Of a DNA stretch of 59,862 bases, positions 12,015 to 26,104 are shown piece after piece (the first letter of the stretch is position 1; each line of letters opens with the position of its first letter). Location of the stretch: positions 1 to 59,862 of the forward strand of contig CAXHJY010000777.1 of assembly GCA_964016885.1 (NCBI GenBank), in the 5' to 3' direction. The DNA comes from Eledone cirrhosa. Its lineage: Eukaryota. Position numbers and translations under genes: made by a program. The notes under the pieces were generated by a model. That model was given only the letters and a program-made list of their open reading frames with translations, did no database searches and was not told the origin of the DNA.

Positions 12015-12350
12015 TTGTCATCTCTTGAATCGCAAGAATATTTTGCAAATTTTGAAGGTGCCAGCTATCGCAGCCATTTGTAGACTATGAATTAGGAGCT
12101 GCGCTTTTTGTCCGCAAATCCAAGTTCGGTCATACTTTGGTCCAAGCGGGTTGGTATATAACCCGTAGCACCAATAATGATGGGTATGAAGCTAAAGGTG
12201 TATCTTGGATACTGGATTTGTAAACTCCTCAACAATGGTCCGCAGATGTCCTCCTTCTGTATTTTTCTGACAACGTTTACATCAAGTGGGCAGCTGATCT
12301 CCACAACAGAACACATTTTCAATGTGTGGTCCCAAACAACAATATCATAT
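12015..12350 (-). mobile_element. RLE (R4/NeSL-like) LINE, endonuclease fragment
   Basis: DIVVWD...VVEISCPLDVNV...IPIIIGATGYIP in ORF 12092..12442, a restriction-like endonuclease signature. Confidence 0.8.
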
Positions 12351-12569
12351 GTAAGTACACATGTATGTACGCATGTATGTATATGTGTGTCTATATATAT
12401 ATATATATGTGTGTATGTATGCCTGTGTGTATGTAAATACATCTAAAAGCATATTCATCCGACTGATTATTTCTTCTATCTATGTTTCATTTCACTTTTA
12501 CACATGATTGTATATATATATATATGTGTATGTGTGTGTATATATATATATATATATGTGTATATATAT

Positions 12570-12700
12570 ATATTGTTATACTTGGGGAGGGTCATATTGT
12601 TAGAAATATTTCTGGCAATATTATTCCAACAATATGACCCTCCCCAAGTATAACAATATCTGTTTCGACACACGATTTCATAGCAAAAACCTTGCAAAAC
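12570..12700 (-). mobile_element. Family G fold-back repeat with hammerhead 3' half
   Basis: Palindrome 12570-12659; minus strand reads GTC-GAAACAgatatTGTT-ATAC; relatives at 6878-6915, 7258-7385 and 53290-53435. Confidence 0.55.
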
Positions 12701-12740
<40 letters not shown>

Positions 12741-13112
12741 CATAGATATATGCATCATCATCATCATCATTATGTATATATATATACACTCACACACATA
12801 TATAAATATATATATATATATCCAAAATTAAATTAAGGGTTGTCATGTCTGAGAGACATGCGCCATATCGACTGAGAATAAGCTTTACAAATTATTCCCT
12901 GTGATTGTTCATATGTTTATTTTATATATATATATGTCAATCTATTTCTAGTTGATATATATATATATATATACACATATATATATGTATATATATTCAT
13001 ATATACATGTATATATGTATATATATACATATATACATGTATATATATATATACATGTATATATGTATATATGTATATATATATATGTATGTATATATGT
13101 ATATAATATATG

Positions 13113-13184
<72 letters not shown>

Positions 13185-13330
13185 GGAGGTGAGTTTTATT
13201 GTAGTACAATAAAGCAATGCAGATATCGGATAAGAAGCACTCTACAGTTTGTAGGACTGGAGTATACATAATATATAAGAACAAAAGATGGTTAAAAGAG
13301 GATGGAACTCTTTTAACAATCTTTTGATCT

Positions 13331-13342
<12 letters not shown>
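13185..13342 (-). repeat. Fold-back palindrome (13268-13340) with pLTR-like tail
   Basis: ATAATATATAAGAaCAAAAGATgGTTAAAAGAG and its complement; GAGTGCT motif on the minus strand. Confidence 0.6.
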
Positions 13343-13374
<32 letters not shown>

Positions 13375-14694
13375 GCATGTATATATGTATATATGTATAT
13401 ATATGTATGCATATATGTATATAATATATGTATATATATATATACTCTTTTACTCTTTTACCTGTTCCAGCCATCCGGCTGAGGCCATGCTGGGGCATAT
13501 ATATATATATATGCTGGGGCATATATATATATAGATACATACACACATATATATATATACATATATAAATAACTGTATGTCTTTCACACTCTCTTTCTCT
13601 CAATTACACACACTGCACATACACTCTTTCTTTCTCTCAATCTCCCCACACTATACATACTTTCTCTCTCTTTCTCAACCACACACCACGCACACACACA
13701 CTACACACACACTACACACACTCACACACACACTCTCTCTCTCTCTCTCCCAATCGCGCACTACACTACACTACACTACACTACACTACACTACACACAT
13801 ATAGACATACACATGCTCTCTCTCTTTCTCCCACTCTCTCAATCACACAACCTCTCTCTCTAAATCTTCCTCCCTGTCTATACAATTTAATTATTCATAA
13901 GTAGGTTTCTGTAGAACATTGTGGTAAAGTCTTTAATATACAAGTCAGCGGATTGATGAAAGCCAAGTATTAACTAGGCAACATAAACAAACAATTATAT
14001 ACACGAACACCCTCAAGGAAAGTTTAAAATCTGAAAACAAAAAAGTAAGGGAGATAACTCCAATGAGGATAATTGATTCAAGTTTTCTGTCAATATGCAG
14101 ATAAGAGTAATAGATGATATTTTCATTTGCTAAATAAATCAGATTTTATGTAATTAACTTTTCCATGCTTCCGAGTAATTGTGTGTCTGTGAAACATATA
14201 CACACACACACCAGGTCTGAACACAAAGGAACCAAACTCCCACTGTTACTGTCTCCGTCTCTCCCACTCTCCCCATCTATTACTATTATAAGCAAATGGA
14301 GACTGACGCACTGGCTGGGCCGCGGCCCTGGCGGACTGAATATAGAACCAGATATATTTCAGTCTTATTTCACTTCTTCAGCAAGGCATATTCTACTTTC
14401 TTGGTAACCTTTTAACATTAAAGAAGGAAAGAGATGAAGTTGAAAGATGTTTGAATTATAAAAGAGTTTGTGGAGAAAAAAAAAGCTTGGAGTGGAAATG
14501 GAAGTGATGAAAGAGCATAAGAGATCTTCTTATGGATAGAAAGTTAAGCAGCATACAATATATATATCTAAATTAACAACCAACGTGAGCACTAATGATA
14601 TGCAAATTAGTACATCTAATTCAGGATACTAATGTAAGTGATAGGGTGCATAAGTTCCTTGATTATATACAAACCTTCTAATGAGAAATCCAAC

Positions 14695-14897
14695 TACTCT
14701 CAGATCCCAAATAATAAAGCAGGGAGGTTAGAATAAGCTGTAGGGGGGGGGGATTGGAAAATGGATAATTTTTCTAGGTTGTCTCTGTTGATTTAAAAAA
14801 AACACCAGAATTTGTTGTTTAGTTTACATATTGAGAGCCCCTACTCCTAATAAGCGAGGGTGGGGGGCTGGGGATGTTTATTTGAGACCCGAGAGTA
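14695..14897. mobile_element. MITE with ~20-bp imperfect TIRs and TA flanks
   Basis: TACTCTCAGATCCCAAATAA ... TTATTTGAGACCCGAGAGTA. Confidence 0.7.
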
Positions 14898-15097
14898 GGT
14901 GTGACAATTGATTAAAGGATCTTATCATTTTTCAATTTACAGGGAAATATGTTTATTTGGCATATCTACATATTTATATACTAAAAATGTGTAAATTAAC
15001 ACAGTCTCAGTTATCTCTATTCTGATATAATTTTATATAATTTGCTTACTTTGCATAACTTTATATATGTATATATATATGTATGTATATATATATA

Positions 15098-15360
15098 TAG
15101 AAGTGGTTACACAACAGTTAGTTCACCATACCGAGAACAATTGTTTCACCTTACCGGATCCTCAACTCGTAATGGACATGGTTATACGGAATAGGCCTAT
15201 TCCGTATAACCATGTCCATTACGAGTTGAGGATCTGCTAAGGTGAAACAATTGTTCTCGGTATGGTGAACTAACTGTTGTGTAACCACTTCTACCTAATT
15301 CGTCCCATGGACTGAGTGCTTTACCACTACAGATATTACCTTCCAGTGTTCCACCACTAT
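15098..15360 (+). mobile_element. Spacerless 196-bp palindrome (15098-15293) with hammerhead 3' half and tail
   Basis: Centre ATAGGCCTAT; GAAACAATTGTT-CTCGG at 15244-15260; GAGTGCT at 15314. Confidence 0.75.
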
Positions 15361-15523
15361 ATATATATATATAAAAGAGAGATAAACACAGACATATACA
15401 TATATCTGTTCAAATCGTAAGGGATTTATATTCAATTATGATATACGGCTCGGAAAAATCTCTTTCTTAGAGCTATTTTGAGTTTCTAACTCAATATATA
15501 CCTTTGATATATATATATATATA

Positions 15524-15906
15524 CGAGGGTAATCCCAAAAGTAAGGTCTCCAAAGCGATGGGGACGCAGAGAAACTGTTCGTATGGCTGTTGGCAATACT
15601 ATTGTGATTGGTGCTTCCTTCACTCCCAAACAAGCATGCGCGCGGTTTGCTGGGATGCTCAATCTTGGCTTGGCAGCCATTGAGAATGGAGCTCCTGTTG
15701 AACGGTACCGCCAAGTGCGAATTTTATATACAAGAGCAATCCCGAAAGTAAGGTCTCCTTCCGAGGAAAACATGCGTAAAGATCGGCGGATCACTCTGGA
15801 TGCTCTCTGCATTTTGGTTCCTGAGGTTTCCCGAAGTACCATCCACAGGATTTTAACAGAAAAGTTGCAATATCAGAAGGAGACCTTACTTTTGGGATTG
15901 CCCTTG
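15524..15906 (+). mobile_element. Internally deleted mariner derivative
   Basis: TIR CGAGGGTAATCCCAAAAGTAAGGTCTCC at both ends, TA flanks, HTH remnant DRRITLDAL...[14 protein letters not shown]. Confidence 0.9.
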
Positions 15907-15936
15907 TATATATATAATATTCATGTATATATATAT

Positions 15937-16055
<119 letters not shown>

Positions 16056-16125
16056 CATACATATATATATCATTCATTTCATTTCATACACACATATATA
16101 TATATATATACATATACATATAAAT

Positions 16126-16177
<52 letters not shown>

Positions 16178-16662
16178 ATCCATATATATATATATATATA
16201 TACATATATATATGGATTTATATGTACACACATATGTATATATACTTAGATATTAATATATATGGTTATATATATCTATATATTTATGTATCTGTGTCTG
16301 GTTGCTCTTTTACATGTGCATGTATGTATTTATGAGAATGTATGTAGATCAGTGTGTGTGTATGTGTGTGTATGTGTGTGTATGTGTATGTGTGTGTATG
16401 TGTGTGGATATGTGTGTATGTATATGGGGTGGGGGTAGCTAGAACAATGTATGGCTAATCAAAGAGTGAGAGAGAGTGACATAGAAAATAACATAGCGAA
16501 GCTAGAAATCAATATTTATACAGATCGATATACAATGTGATTCTAATTACACATACTATGTGTTATGTCTGAGAATATTGTTTGAATTAGCTATCAGGAA
16601 CAACCAAAACATTCACACTCACACACACATATTAATGAATATATATTAATATATATATACAT

Positions 16663-16731
<69 letters not shown>

Positions 16732-16886
16732 TATAGATATATATATATATATAGATATATATATATAAATGTGTATGAATGTATGTATGTATGTATATAT
16801 ACACACTCTTGAACATACCATCACATTATCTTACAAAAACATTATATACATACATACATGCATATATACATACATATAGATATATA

Positions 16887-16917
<31 letters not shown>

Positions 16918-17328
16918 AGATATATATTCACACCCACGCATCATTTATGTCTCTCCTATCCTCTGCCCATCCCTCTCTCTTAGAAAAACCATGCACACAC
17001 ATATATATGTAAGTATATATATGTGTCCACACATACACACACACACACATATATATGTATATATAATTATATATATATCTGCATATATACATATATATAT
17101 ATATATTTATATATATATATATATATATATTTATTTATATATATATATATTTATATATATATAGGAGAAAGTATGACCCCGACGGCAGAGCTCAAGCCGT
17201 TTCGACGGCTATTTCTGGACTATATATATATATATTGAAATAGAGAGAGAGAGAGATTGAGAGAGAGATGTATATATGTATATAAAGATATATATATATG
17301 CGTATATACATATATACATATACATATA

Positions 17329-17379
<51 letters not shown>

Positions 17380-17383
<4 letters not shown>

Positions 17384-17522
17384 GAGCTTCTACAGGACTA
17401 GAACTGTTTCATTCACGAGAAATCAACTGTAGAAGCTCTTCTATATTAAAACTTTTATACTCTGCTATGTATTGAGTACCTTACTTACTGTGGTTTCCTC
17501 CGATTCAACTCGGAATAACTTA
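17380..17522. mobile_element. Family B fold-back repeat fragment
   Basis: Matches 25945-26135 and 42083-42160. Confidence 0.7.
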
Positions 17523-17654
17523 TATATATATATATATATAGATATATATATATATATGTATATACATGTTATAAAGAAGAAAGACGGTTTTAAATGTACA
17601 TCCACTATTTATTATATAATCCTGTTATACATTATACATATACACACATACCCC

Positions 17655-17875
17655 GTTGATGAGATTTTAATAGCTTTGGGAAAGGGCTCCAGCACTGATG
17701 TCATAGACCTTGATTTCAGCAAGGACTTTGACAGGGTTAATCACAACATCTCATTGAAAAGAAAACTATCCTGCATTGATATCTTTGGAAAGTTACTACA
17801 GTGGATTAATTGTTTCCTGAAAAACAGAGCCCTACATGTGGTCAAAGGAATAACATTAAGGTTTGCCAATGTCCA
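17655..17875 (+). mobile_element. CR1/L2-like reverse transcriptase fragment
   Basis: DVIDLDFSKDFDRVNH...GKLLQWINCFLKNR in ORF 17472..17927. Confidence 0.85.
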
Positions 17876-18782
17876 AGGCTCCTTCACAGTAGTTTATCAG
17901 CTACTAGAATATTTTTCCATACATTGATGTGTATGTGTATATGTGTGTGTGTGCACGTGTGTATGTGCATATGCATACATTTATATGTATGAGTATATAA
18001 ATATAAATATAAATTCCCACTGTCACTCCCTCTGTCTCTCCTGCACTCCCCATCCCTCACTATTATGAGCAATGTCTTTTCTTTTATAGCGCAAATTTTC
18101 GCAGTGATTTATCCATTAGTAAATATATTATAAACATTTGAATTATCAAACTTCCTTTTAGATATTTACTGTTAAATCATGTTAGAAGTTAAACCAAACC
18201 AGTTTAAGCTGGCAGGTAGTACTATCACAACCAGAAATTCATATGAATTCATCATTCTTTTGGAAAATTGTTTCGGAGAGATTTATTTCATGATCAATTG
18301 TGTCATTTCATCTCTATTCTATTTTTATATAGCTTCCATAATTGGCATCAAAGAACATATCTGACCCCCCCCCCCCCTCCACCTCCTCCTCCTCCTCCTC
18401 CTCCTCCTCCTCCTCCTCCTCCACCTCCTCCTACTGCTCCTTCAAGCCGTTCAATCTGGATTGAGCTGGTTTATTCTTGCTAATGGTTATTTTCCTTCCT
18501 TTAAATCCCACTCAAACTGAGCCTACTCCTGGACATGCTTATGTAAATGATATTTTTCATTTGTTGATTTGCTTTCACTTTGTCAGTGAAAGGAGAGGAA
18601 ACCAGCTTACACAGTAATATATGTATGTGTGTATATATGTATAAATGTATGTGTGTATATATATATATCTATGTATGCATGTATATATATATGTATATAT
18701 ATATGTATATATAGACACACACATGTATATATGTATTCATATATATATATATGCATACATATGTACATGTGTGTGTCTATAT

Positions 18783-18984
18783 ATTTGTGAAAGAGTATAA
18801 ATGTAGATGTATACTATATTAGAGTTAAAGATTGACAATCAAAAACAAACTATCCAATAAATGGTAATCAAAATATAAATAGTTGATTTATCAGCCTCTC
18901 TTTCATATAATAAATATTTTGATTGTGTTTGGAACTGTAAGTATCTCCCAATTCTTCTCTATGTATATACATATATATATATAA

Positions 18985-19057
<73 letters not shown>

Positions 19058-19105
19058 CATATTGACATATGTATGCATATATGTATATATGTATTTATAT
19101 AAACA

Positions 19106-19138
<33 letters not shown>

Positions 19139-19421
19139 TATAAATATAAATTAGTGAGAATCGTATTTCGGCTTTGGAATATATATATATATATATATAT
19201 ATATAGATAGATATTTATATATATTTATATATATATATGTATATACATAGAGAATAATTTAGAGATACTTACAGTTCCAAACACAATCAAAATATTTATG
19301 AAAGAGAGGCTGATAAATCAACTATTTATATTTTGATTACCATTTATTGGATAGTTTGTTTTTGATTGTCAATCTTTAACTCTAATATAGTATACACCTA
19401 CATTTATACTCTTTCACAAAT
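18783..19421. repeat. Inverted repeat, ~180-bp arms separated by (TA)n
   Basis: 18783-18966 is the reverse complement of ~19244-19421; no convincing HHR core found. Confidence 0.85.
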
Positions 19422-20119
19422 CCTTCTCCCATGCTTTGTTCCATCTGACCAATCACAACATCTGGCATATCATTAGATATTTGAATGGGACTCTAGTGAA
19501 CAAAGTCATTTGTATTTAAGAACTATCTACTTGTGAAACTGGAAATATGAATGAAATTAACTCATGTATGATGAGAATATTTTTGTGGTGGAAAGTTGGT
19601 AGGAAGCATGATTGTTAATAATAAAATCTAAAGTGTGTTATCAGGGTCGGAGCTCATATTGAATACAAAGCTAATAAATATATTTTATGTTGAAATTGCC
19701 AACTATTGAAATATTGAAAAGCTCTTTTCTATTATGAAGGGACTCCATCTGATATATTGAAATTCATTTCTTCACATTGCATAAAATGAAGGGCTCAGCC
19801 ATAAATATATAAGTCACTTCTTACAGAAAATACAAAGATTCCTTGTCCCCCAAATGTTTTAACTTCCCACTTATCATGACACACAAGACAAAATCCTACT
19901 GCAAGCACTTTAGCTTACTTCTCATGGAACTAAACAACTGATCTCAATTGTTTTCATGGCAGACCAAGAAAGTTCTTATTCCAAATGACTGAACTCACTT
20001 CTTTTTAGGGCTCACCTATAAAAGTGCTACCCTAGATGTGTGACCTTATCTTTATTCATCCCCCATAAACTTACTTTATTTAATAAAATGTTGTTTGCTT
20101 GAAGCATTGTATATAATAT

Positions 20120-20430
20120 ACAATGTGGAGACAATGGAAAATGAACTGTAAGATGAAGGTAACGAAAAATTTTGTTGTTATTTCTTTTGTCCTAATATTG
20201 TGGTTTATAAAAATAAAAAATAAAAATCTAAATTTAATTCAAAAAAGAAGAAACCAGAACATTTTTCTCTGAGAGGTCCTTATACTCTGAAGAAGGGAAT
20301 TTTAATTCCCGAAATTTTCGGTCGAAAGAAACAACAGCAACAAAAAACAAAAGAAAAATTACCAGGTAACTAAATTTTTTGTTACCTTCATCTTGCCATT
20401 CATTTTATATTGTTTAGCCTTTCCACATTA
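20120..20430 (+). repeat. Old inverted repeat enclosing a degenerate HHR core
   Basis: AAGATGAAGGTAAC/GTTACCTTCATCTT arms; CTGAAGA-GGGAAT/ATTCCC-GAAA at 20287-20314; helices I and III are poor. Confidence 0.45.
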
Positions 20431-21659
20431 CTTTATTTAGTTACTGCCCCCCATCCCTACCCACAAACACACTTGTTTGTTGTTGTTGTTGTTCTTTATG
20501 CACTGATCAGGCCGACCAAATAGAACAAAACAATTTACTTTGACCAATCAACCCCTTTTTAAGATTATTATCTAGAATTACATTGAAAAGTGTGTGCTTT
20601 CATTTTAAAGAACGTATGGGGTAATTGAGGGTGATTTGGGGCACCATTTCTTATAGATTGAATGATAGCATATAAGATCTGACATTAGTGTTTGTTTTTC
20701 TTTTAAATTAATGATGTAAAACTTTTCATGAAAGAAGAAAATGAAAGAAATTGAAGCACGACCACATCAATATAACATTTAGAACGTTTATCAAAGCTGA
20801 TAAAAATGTCCGTGCCTAACATACTTGAGGCGAAGAGATAGCACTTGTACCACTTTGATCGATGTATCTGCTTGTGGTGTCTCTGTCTTTACACTAATCA
20901 CAAGATGATGATAAAGATGATGACAGTGCAATGGCATCAATTTAAAAGATTGACTGCGAAACAAATGCTGTTCAGTGCTGTGCTGAATAATGGAAGGGGG
21001 TGGTTAAGTATAGAAGGGCAAAAAATAAAATAAAATAAAATAAAATAAAATAAAATAAAATAAAATAAAATAAAAATAAAAAGAAGGAATAAAGAAAAAC
21101 TTAATGGAAATGTCGAACGATAATAAATATACTTAGAAGCAAGCAGAAAGAAACTAGAAACATATTGAAATAGATGAGATGTCTAGAAGCAGTAAGTTTT
21201 TGGGAGCTGGTTTAATGGATGAGGTTAAAGTTATTTAATGGATGTGTAGAGAATTATAGTGAATATATAGACCAAAACAGTATTTTCTATAATTTCCAGC
21301 ACAAGCTCTTCATTTTCTTACTGCTTAGTAGAATAGTTTATGTCATGTTATTTTTCTCTTTCTGAAGTAAAAATAATTGTTTATTCTTTAATGTAATTCA
21401 TGAGGGGAAAGATCAAATGTAAGTAAATTTTAGTCGTTTTTAGTGTATTAAATAAAGGAATACTTTTTCCTGCCATCATCTGTGTTAATTTCCAACATAA
21501 AACGAGGTGAAGTTTCAACTTAAGTATTCTCTCTAGCTTCCATTCTCTGTAGATGTGCATTTTAGTATCTTTATATCTCATTGTTAAACTCGTGAATAGT
21601 TTTCCAAAGCTATGTGTAAGCCTGCATAAATAGGAACATTAAAATGAAATCGAGATGTG

Positions 21660-23260
21660 ATCCAAGTTAACTTAATCTATCAAGCTGAACCTGAAGGCTG
21701 CAAAGGAAAAGAAGAGCCTCAAGAAATGCAAGAGGGACATGACAATGTACAGATCGGAGGTGACGATCCTGAAGAACACAGCTGGAGTACCGGTCAGTGA
21801 CAAGAGTGAGGTGGAAAAGGTTTGCGAAGACTTCTACACCAAGCTCTTCAAGTTTGCCGGGAATGTGCAGCTGTTGCTGCCCCTCCAACAGGAAGAAAAT
21901 GTGCCACCCATCCTTGTCGGTGAGGTCGAAGAATACCCTCGCAGTGGAAAGAGTCGAATACCATCTTGCTATACAAGAAGAGAGATAGAGAAGATCTGAA
22001 GAACTACCGACCCATATGCCTGCTGTCTCATGTGTACAAGCTGTTCACGAAGATAAACCTGAACAGGTTATCACGTCATCTGGATGAACAGCAACCGAGA
22101 GAGCAAGCCGGCTCCCGGAAGAACTACAGCACAATGGACCACATATATCACTCTGACACAACTGCTTGAGTGAGGGAAAGAGTAGAAGATGCCTCTTTGC
22201 GTCACGTTCGTAGACTACGAGAAGGCCTTCGACAGCGTCAAAATCAACGCAGTGCTGAAATCGCTGCAGAGGCAAGGAGTCAAGGCGCAATACGTTCAAC
22301 TGCTCAGGGAGGTAAGTTCCGGATGCACCACCAACATAACTCTGCTGTCATCACCCATACGAGTGCCGGTCAAGAAGGGAGTGAAGCAAGGAGATACGAT
22401 CTCTCCAAAACTTTTCACCGCGTGTCTCGAGCAGATCATCAAAGGCATTGACTGGCAAAGTGGTGTCAACATCAACGGCGAGATACTTACCCACCTCCGT
22501 TTCGCTGATGACATCGTACTCATCGCTGAAACCACAGATCAACTTCAGACCATGCTGACGGAGCTCGACATCAAAAGCTCTGCAGTAGGCCTCAAGATGA
22601 ACCACATGAAAACGAAGTTCATGCGGTCCGACAACATACCAACAGGTCGAATGGTGGTTGGCGGTGATGAAATAGAGAAGGTGGAGGAATACGTCTACCT
22701 AGGACAAGAAGTGAACATGCACCAAGACATTGAGAGGGAGATCTCGTGGAGAGTAAGGACCAGATGGAAGGCATAAGGGATGTGCTCAAGGGGAGGTTGG
22801 ACAAGACCACCCGCGCAAACCTCTTCAATAGCATAGTTTAACCTGCAATGTTATATGGCAGTGAAACTTGGGCTACAACGAAGAGAGAAGAGCAGAGTCT
22901 GGTAACGGCTCAAAGAGCCATAGAGAGATCAATGCTAGGAATCTCGTTGAGAGAGCATATCAGGAGCGAAGTCATCAGACAGAAGTCCGGTGTGAGGGAC
23001 GTCATATATGTGCAGCTAGTTCAGATGGGCTCGACACGTCGCCTGGTTCACCGATAATCAGTGGACCCGTGCAGTTGCCGAGTGGTACCTGCGCGAGCAG
23101 AAACGACCACTTGGAAGGTCTCCACGAAGGTTACAATTTTAGGAATACGATTGAGACTACATGGATGAGGAAAGCACGATCCAGAGAGGAATGGATGGCG
23201 TGCTGTGACCAGCGGCGCCGAATGGACACCCGACAGACTGGTCGGTCAAGGTGATCAAGC
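21660..23260 (+). mobile_element. 5'-truncated RTE-clade LINE with frameshifted reverse transcriptase
   Basis: NYRPICLLS, FVDYEKAFDSV, GVKQGDTISPKLF, LRFADDIV, YVYLGQ and MLYGSETW spread over ORFs 21739-23057. Confidence 0.95.
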
Positions 23261-23261
23261 C

Positions 23262-23422
23262 GAACCTATTTGGCAGCATTTAATTGTATTCTCTAGGTGT
23301 TTAAACTTGTGATGTACTTATATTGACAGAATCTTCCTTAGTATATGGGCAGTTCTCATTAGTACTATCTTTTGTATTTCTCCTATACGCGGGTTTCCTG
23401 GGATTTGCGATAAGTAATCATT
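23262..23422 (-). mobile_element. R4-like RLE LINE, extreme 3' end
   Basis: EIQKIVLMRTAHILRKILSI followed by a stop. Confidence 0.75.
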
Positions 23423-23515
23423 AGACCCCCTAGGTATATAAAATAAAGTACCAGTAATGCACTGGGTAATTGCTGGCCTTGTGCCTAAAGTAGAAACAAT
23501 TATTATTATTATTAT

Positions 23516-23573
<58 letters not shown>

Positions 23574-23654
23574 TAGGTAAACAAGGATGCAATCCATTTC
23601 TAGCATTCAACGTCATGTTACTTCTTCGAAATTAGAATGATGGAGTATAATTAG

Positions 23655-23870
23655 AATGAGGAAAATGCAAAATTGTAGATGTTAAAAAGTCCTTTATTAA
23701 TAAAGCTGTAATACATATTTCAATGATGATTATGGTCACTTAATTATTTAACCATACTCGTGATCTCATCAGAATGGTTAAATAATCAAGTGACTGTCAT
23801 TGAAATATGTATTACAGCTTTATTAATAAAGGACTTTTTAACATCTACAACTTTGCGTTTTCTTCATTAT
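23655..23870 (-). mobile_element. Fold-back repeat with HHR (23705-23772) whose helix I is broken by the inversion junction
   Basis: Minus strand reads CTGATGA...GAAA-TATGTA-TT-ACAGC; right arm repeats the 3' half. Confidence 0.65.
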
Positions 23871-23894
23871 CTCTCTTTCTCTCTCTATATATAT

Positions 23895-24150
23895 ATCATC
23901 ATCTTCATCATCATTTTACGTCCACTTTTCCCTGCTTGCAAGGGTGGGATGGGTCCTCTTCAGCACAGCATCTCTCCATTTGACACGGTCCTTCGTCATC
24001 TACTCTGTGAGCTTCAGCGATCTGAGGTCATCTTTCACCACCTCCGCCCATGCTTTTTGTGGTCTTCCTCTTCTGCGTCTTCCTTCCACTGGGATTACTT
24101 GGCACTTCTTCACCCAGTAGTCATCTTCCATGCACATCACATGGTCAACA
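23895..24150 (-). mobile_element. RTE LINE 3' end
   Basis: HVMCMEDDYWVKKC...VEGRRRRGRPQKAWAEVVKDDL; tail shared with the CORE-like SINE. Confidence 0.9.
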
Positions 24151-24623
24151 TATATACAGTCAATCATATTTATAAGAATTGTTATAACAAATAGCACATC
24201 CCAACATCATATAAGTTAGATTTTCTTGAGTAAAGCATGAGGAGTGCCTGAACTGCTGTTGTTGACCAAATGCAATAATAACATAGTATTGTATTTTATT
24301 AAAAACCTCTAGGGGTGATGATAACAAGCAGTTGTCAACTTGAAGGACAGGAACAGCTGTTAAACATTTAAAAGAAAGTTGACTACTGTACCAAATCTTA
24401 TAAACATTATTGATGTTTTATAAAGCTTACATAACAGCCTGGCAATGAAAGAAAGTTATTGTTCTCTTTAAATGGCTATTATTACCATTCAGTTTCTAAC
24501 TAACTTGCCGGCCTTTACTTTCAGTGTGCAACAGCTGACTGTAGTATGACATATGCATAGCATACATACATGCACATCCATCTGGCCACACTCCCATCTG
24601 TGCACATTTATGTATATATACAA

Positions 24624-24717
<94 letters not shown>

Positions 24718-24918
24718 TTAATTATACTATTTATGGTTATGCAAATACAAAAACCTTTTGCAGTTATATATATTTTTATAAACCCTAAATAGTGGTAGGC
24801 AGTAATATATTACTACCTTATTACCAGTAAGTTAAATAGCTCAATGTAATAACATCAGATGATTTACAGAGCAGTTATATGAATTATAAGAATCAAAGAA
24901 CTGTTCAAAACATTTTTA

Positions 24919-24965
24919 TGCTTACAACTGTTTCCTCCAAACCGAGGTTTGGATTCTTCGGAGCA
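24919..24965 (-). ncRNA. Type I hammerhead, family E (core CCGAAGA)
   Basis: TGCT-CCGAAGA-aTCCAAACC/GGTTTGGAg-GAAA-CAGTTG-TA-AGCA. Confidence 0.8.
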
Positions 24966-25265
24966 ATTTATTATTGAATGAACACTTATATGACCTCCTT
25001 TTCACCCAAGAGACATACAGATACATATGCAAATATTGTGGGTCAACATTCATTATAGCATTTAGTGTGGCAGTACACATTTAGAGATTACATTCATATT
25101 AAAAGATACAATCAATTGATTGTACCTTTTAATATGAATGTAATCTCTAAATGTGTACTGCCACACTAAATGCTATAATGAATGTTGACCCACAATATTT
25201 GCATATGTATCTGTATGTCTCTTGGGTGAAAAGGAGGTCATATAAGTGTTCATTCAATAATAAAT

Positions 25266-25312
25266 TTCTCCGAAGAATCCAAACCTCGGTTTGGAGGAAA
25301 CAGTTGTAAGCA
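25266..25312 (+). ncRNA. Type I hammerhead, family E mirror copy
   Basis: Same motif with one helix I mismatch. Confidence 0.7.
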
Positions 25313-25347
25313 TAAAAATGTTTTGAACAGTTCTTTGATTCTTATAA

Positions 25348-25445
<98 letters not shown>

Positions 25446-25486
25446 TTCAAAATATTAACAAAAATGGACATTCGTGTGATCAAGTA

Positions 25487-25553
25487 TATTTTATTATACA
25501 TATTTCAGAGGTACTGAGCTAACTTCAACAGTACGTCCTCATCAGATAAAATA
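25487..25553 (-). ncRNA. Type I hammerhead, family A copy 3
   Basis: Left arm of palindrome 25440-25773. Confidence 0.85.
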
Positions 25554-25659
25554 AGATGATGCATGACATACCCTGACATAGTAGATGGTTAAGATTAAGT
25601 CATACTACCATGACTGAATATTAACCATCTACTATGTCAGGGTATGTCATGCATCATCT

Positions 25660-25726
25660 TATTTTATCTGATGAGGACGTACTGTTGAAGTTAGCTCAGT
25701 ACCTCTGAAATATGTATAATAAAATA
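25660..25726 (+). ncRNA. Type I hammerhead, family A copy 4
   Basis: Right arm of the same palindrome; unique tail runs to ~25870. Confidence 0.85.
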
Positions 25727-25864
25727 TACTTGATCACACGAATGTCTATTTTTGTTAATATTTTGAATTAATATTAATAACTCCGGAAAATCATATCTAT
25801 TGAGTGCTTCCAATCTATTGTAAAACTCATTCTTGGATTTATTCATTGAACCTTGTTTAACCTT

Positions 25865-25948
<84 letters not shown>

Positions 25949-26054
25949 TTATTCCGGGTTGAATCGGAGGTAACCACAGTAAGTAAGGTACTCAATACAT
26001 AGCAGAGTATAACAGTTTTAATATAGAAGAGCTTCTACAGGATTAGAACTAGGA

Positions 26055-26104
26055 AGCTCCTGATGATTTCTCACGAATGAAACAGTTCTAGTCCTGTAGA
26101 AGCT
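26055..26104 (+). ncRNA. Type I hammerhead, family B
   Basis: CTGATGA-tTTC/GAAt-GAAA; stem III ACAG/CTGT; GUA site; bulged helix I. Confidence 0.6.

Larger units (their letters stand above)
24876..25355. mobile_element. Family E 480-bp spacerless palindrome
   Basis: Centre ATCAATTGAT (25111-25120); arms nearly identical; fragment also at 30900-30935. Confidence 0.9.

Noticed and set aside
20826-20894. Possible 69-bp minus-strand exon (CKDRDTTSRYIDQSGTSAISSPQ)
   Set aside because: Splice sites are only moderate, two frames are open, and nothing is recognisable
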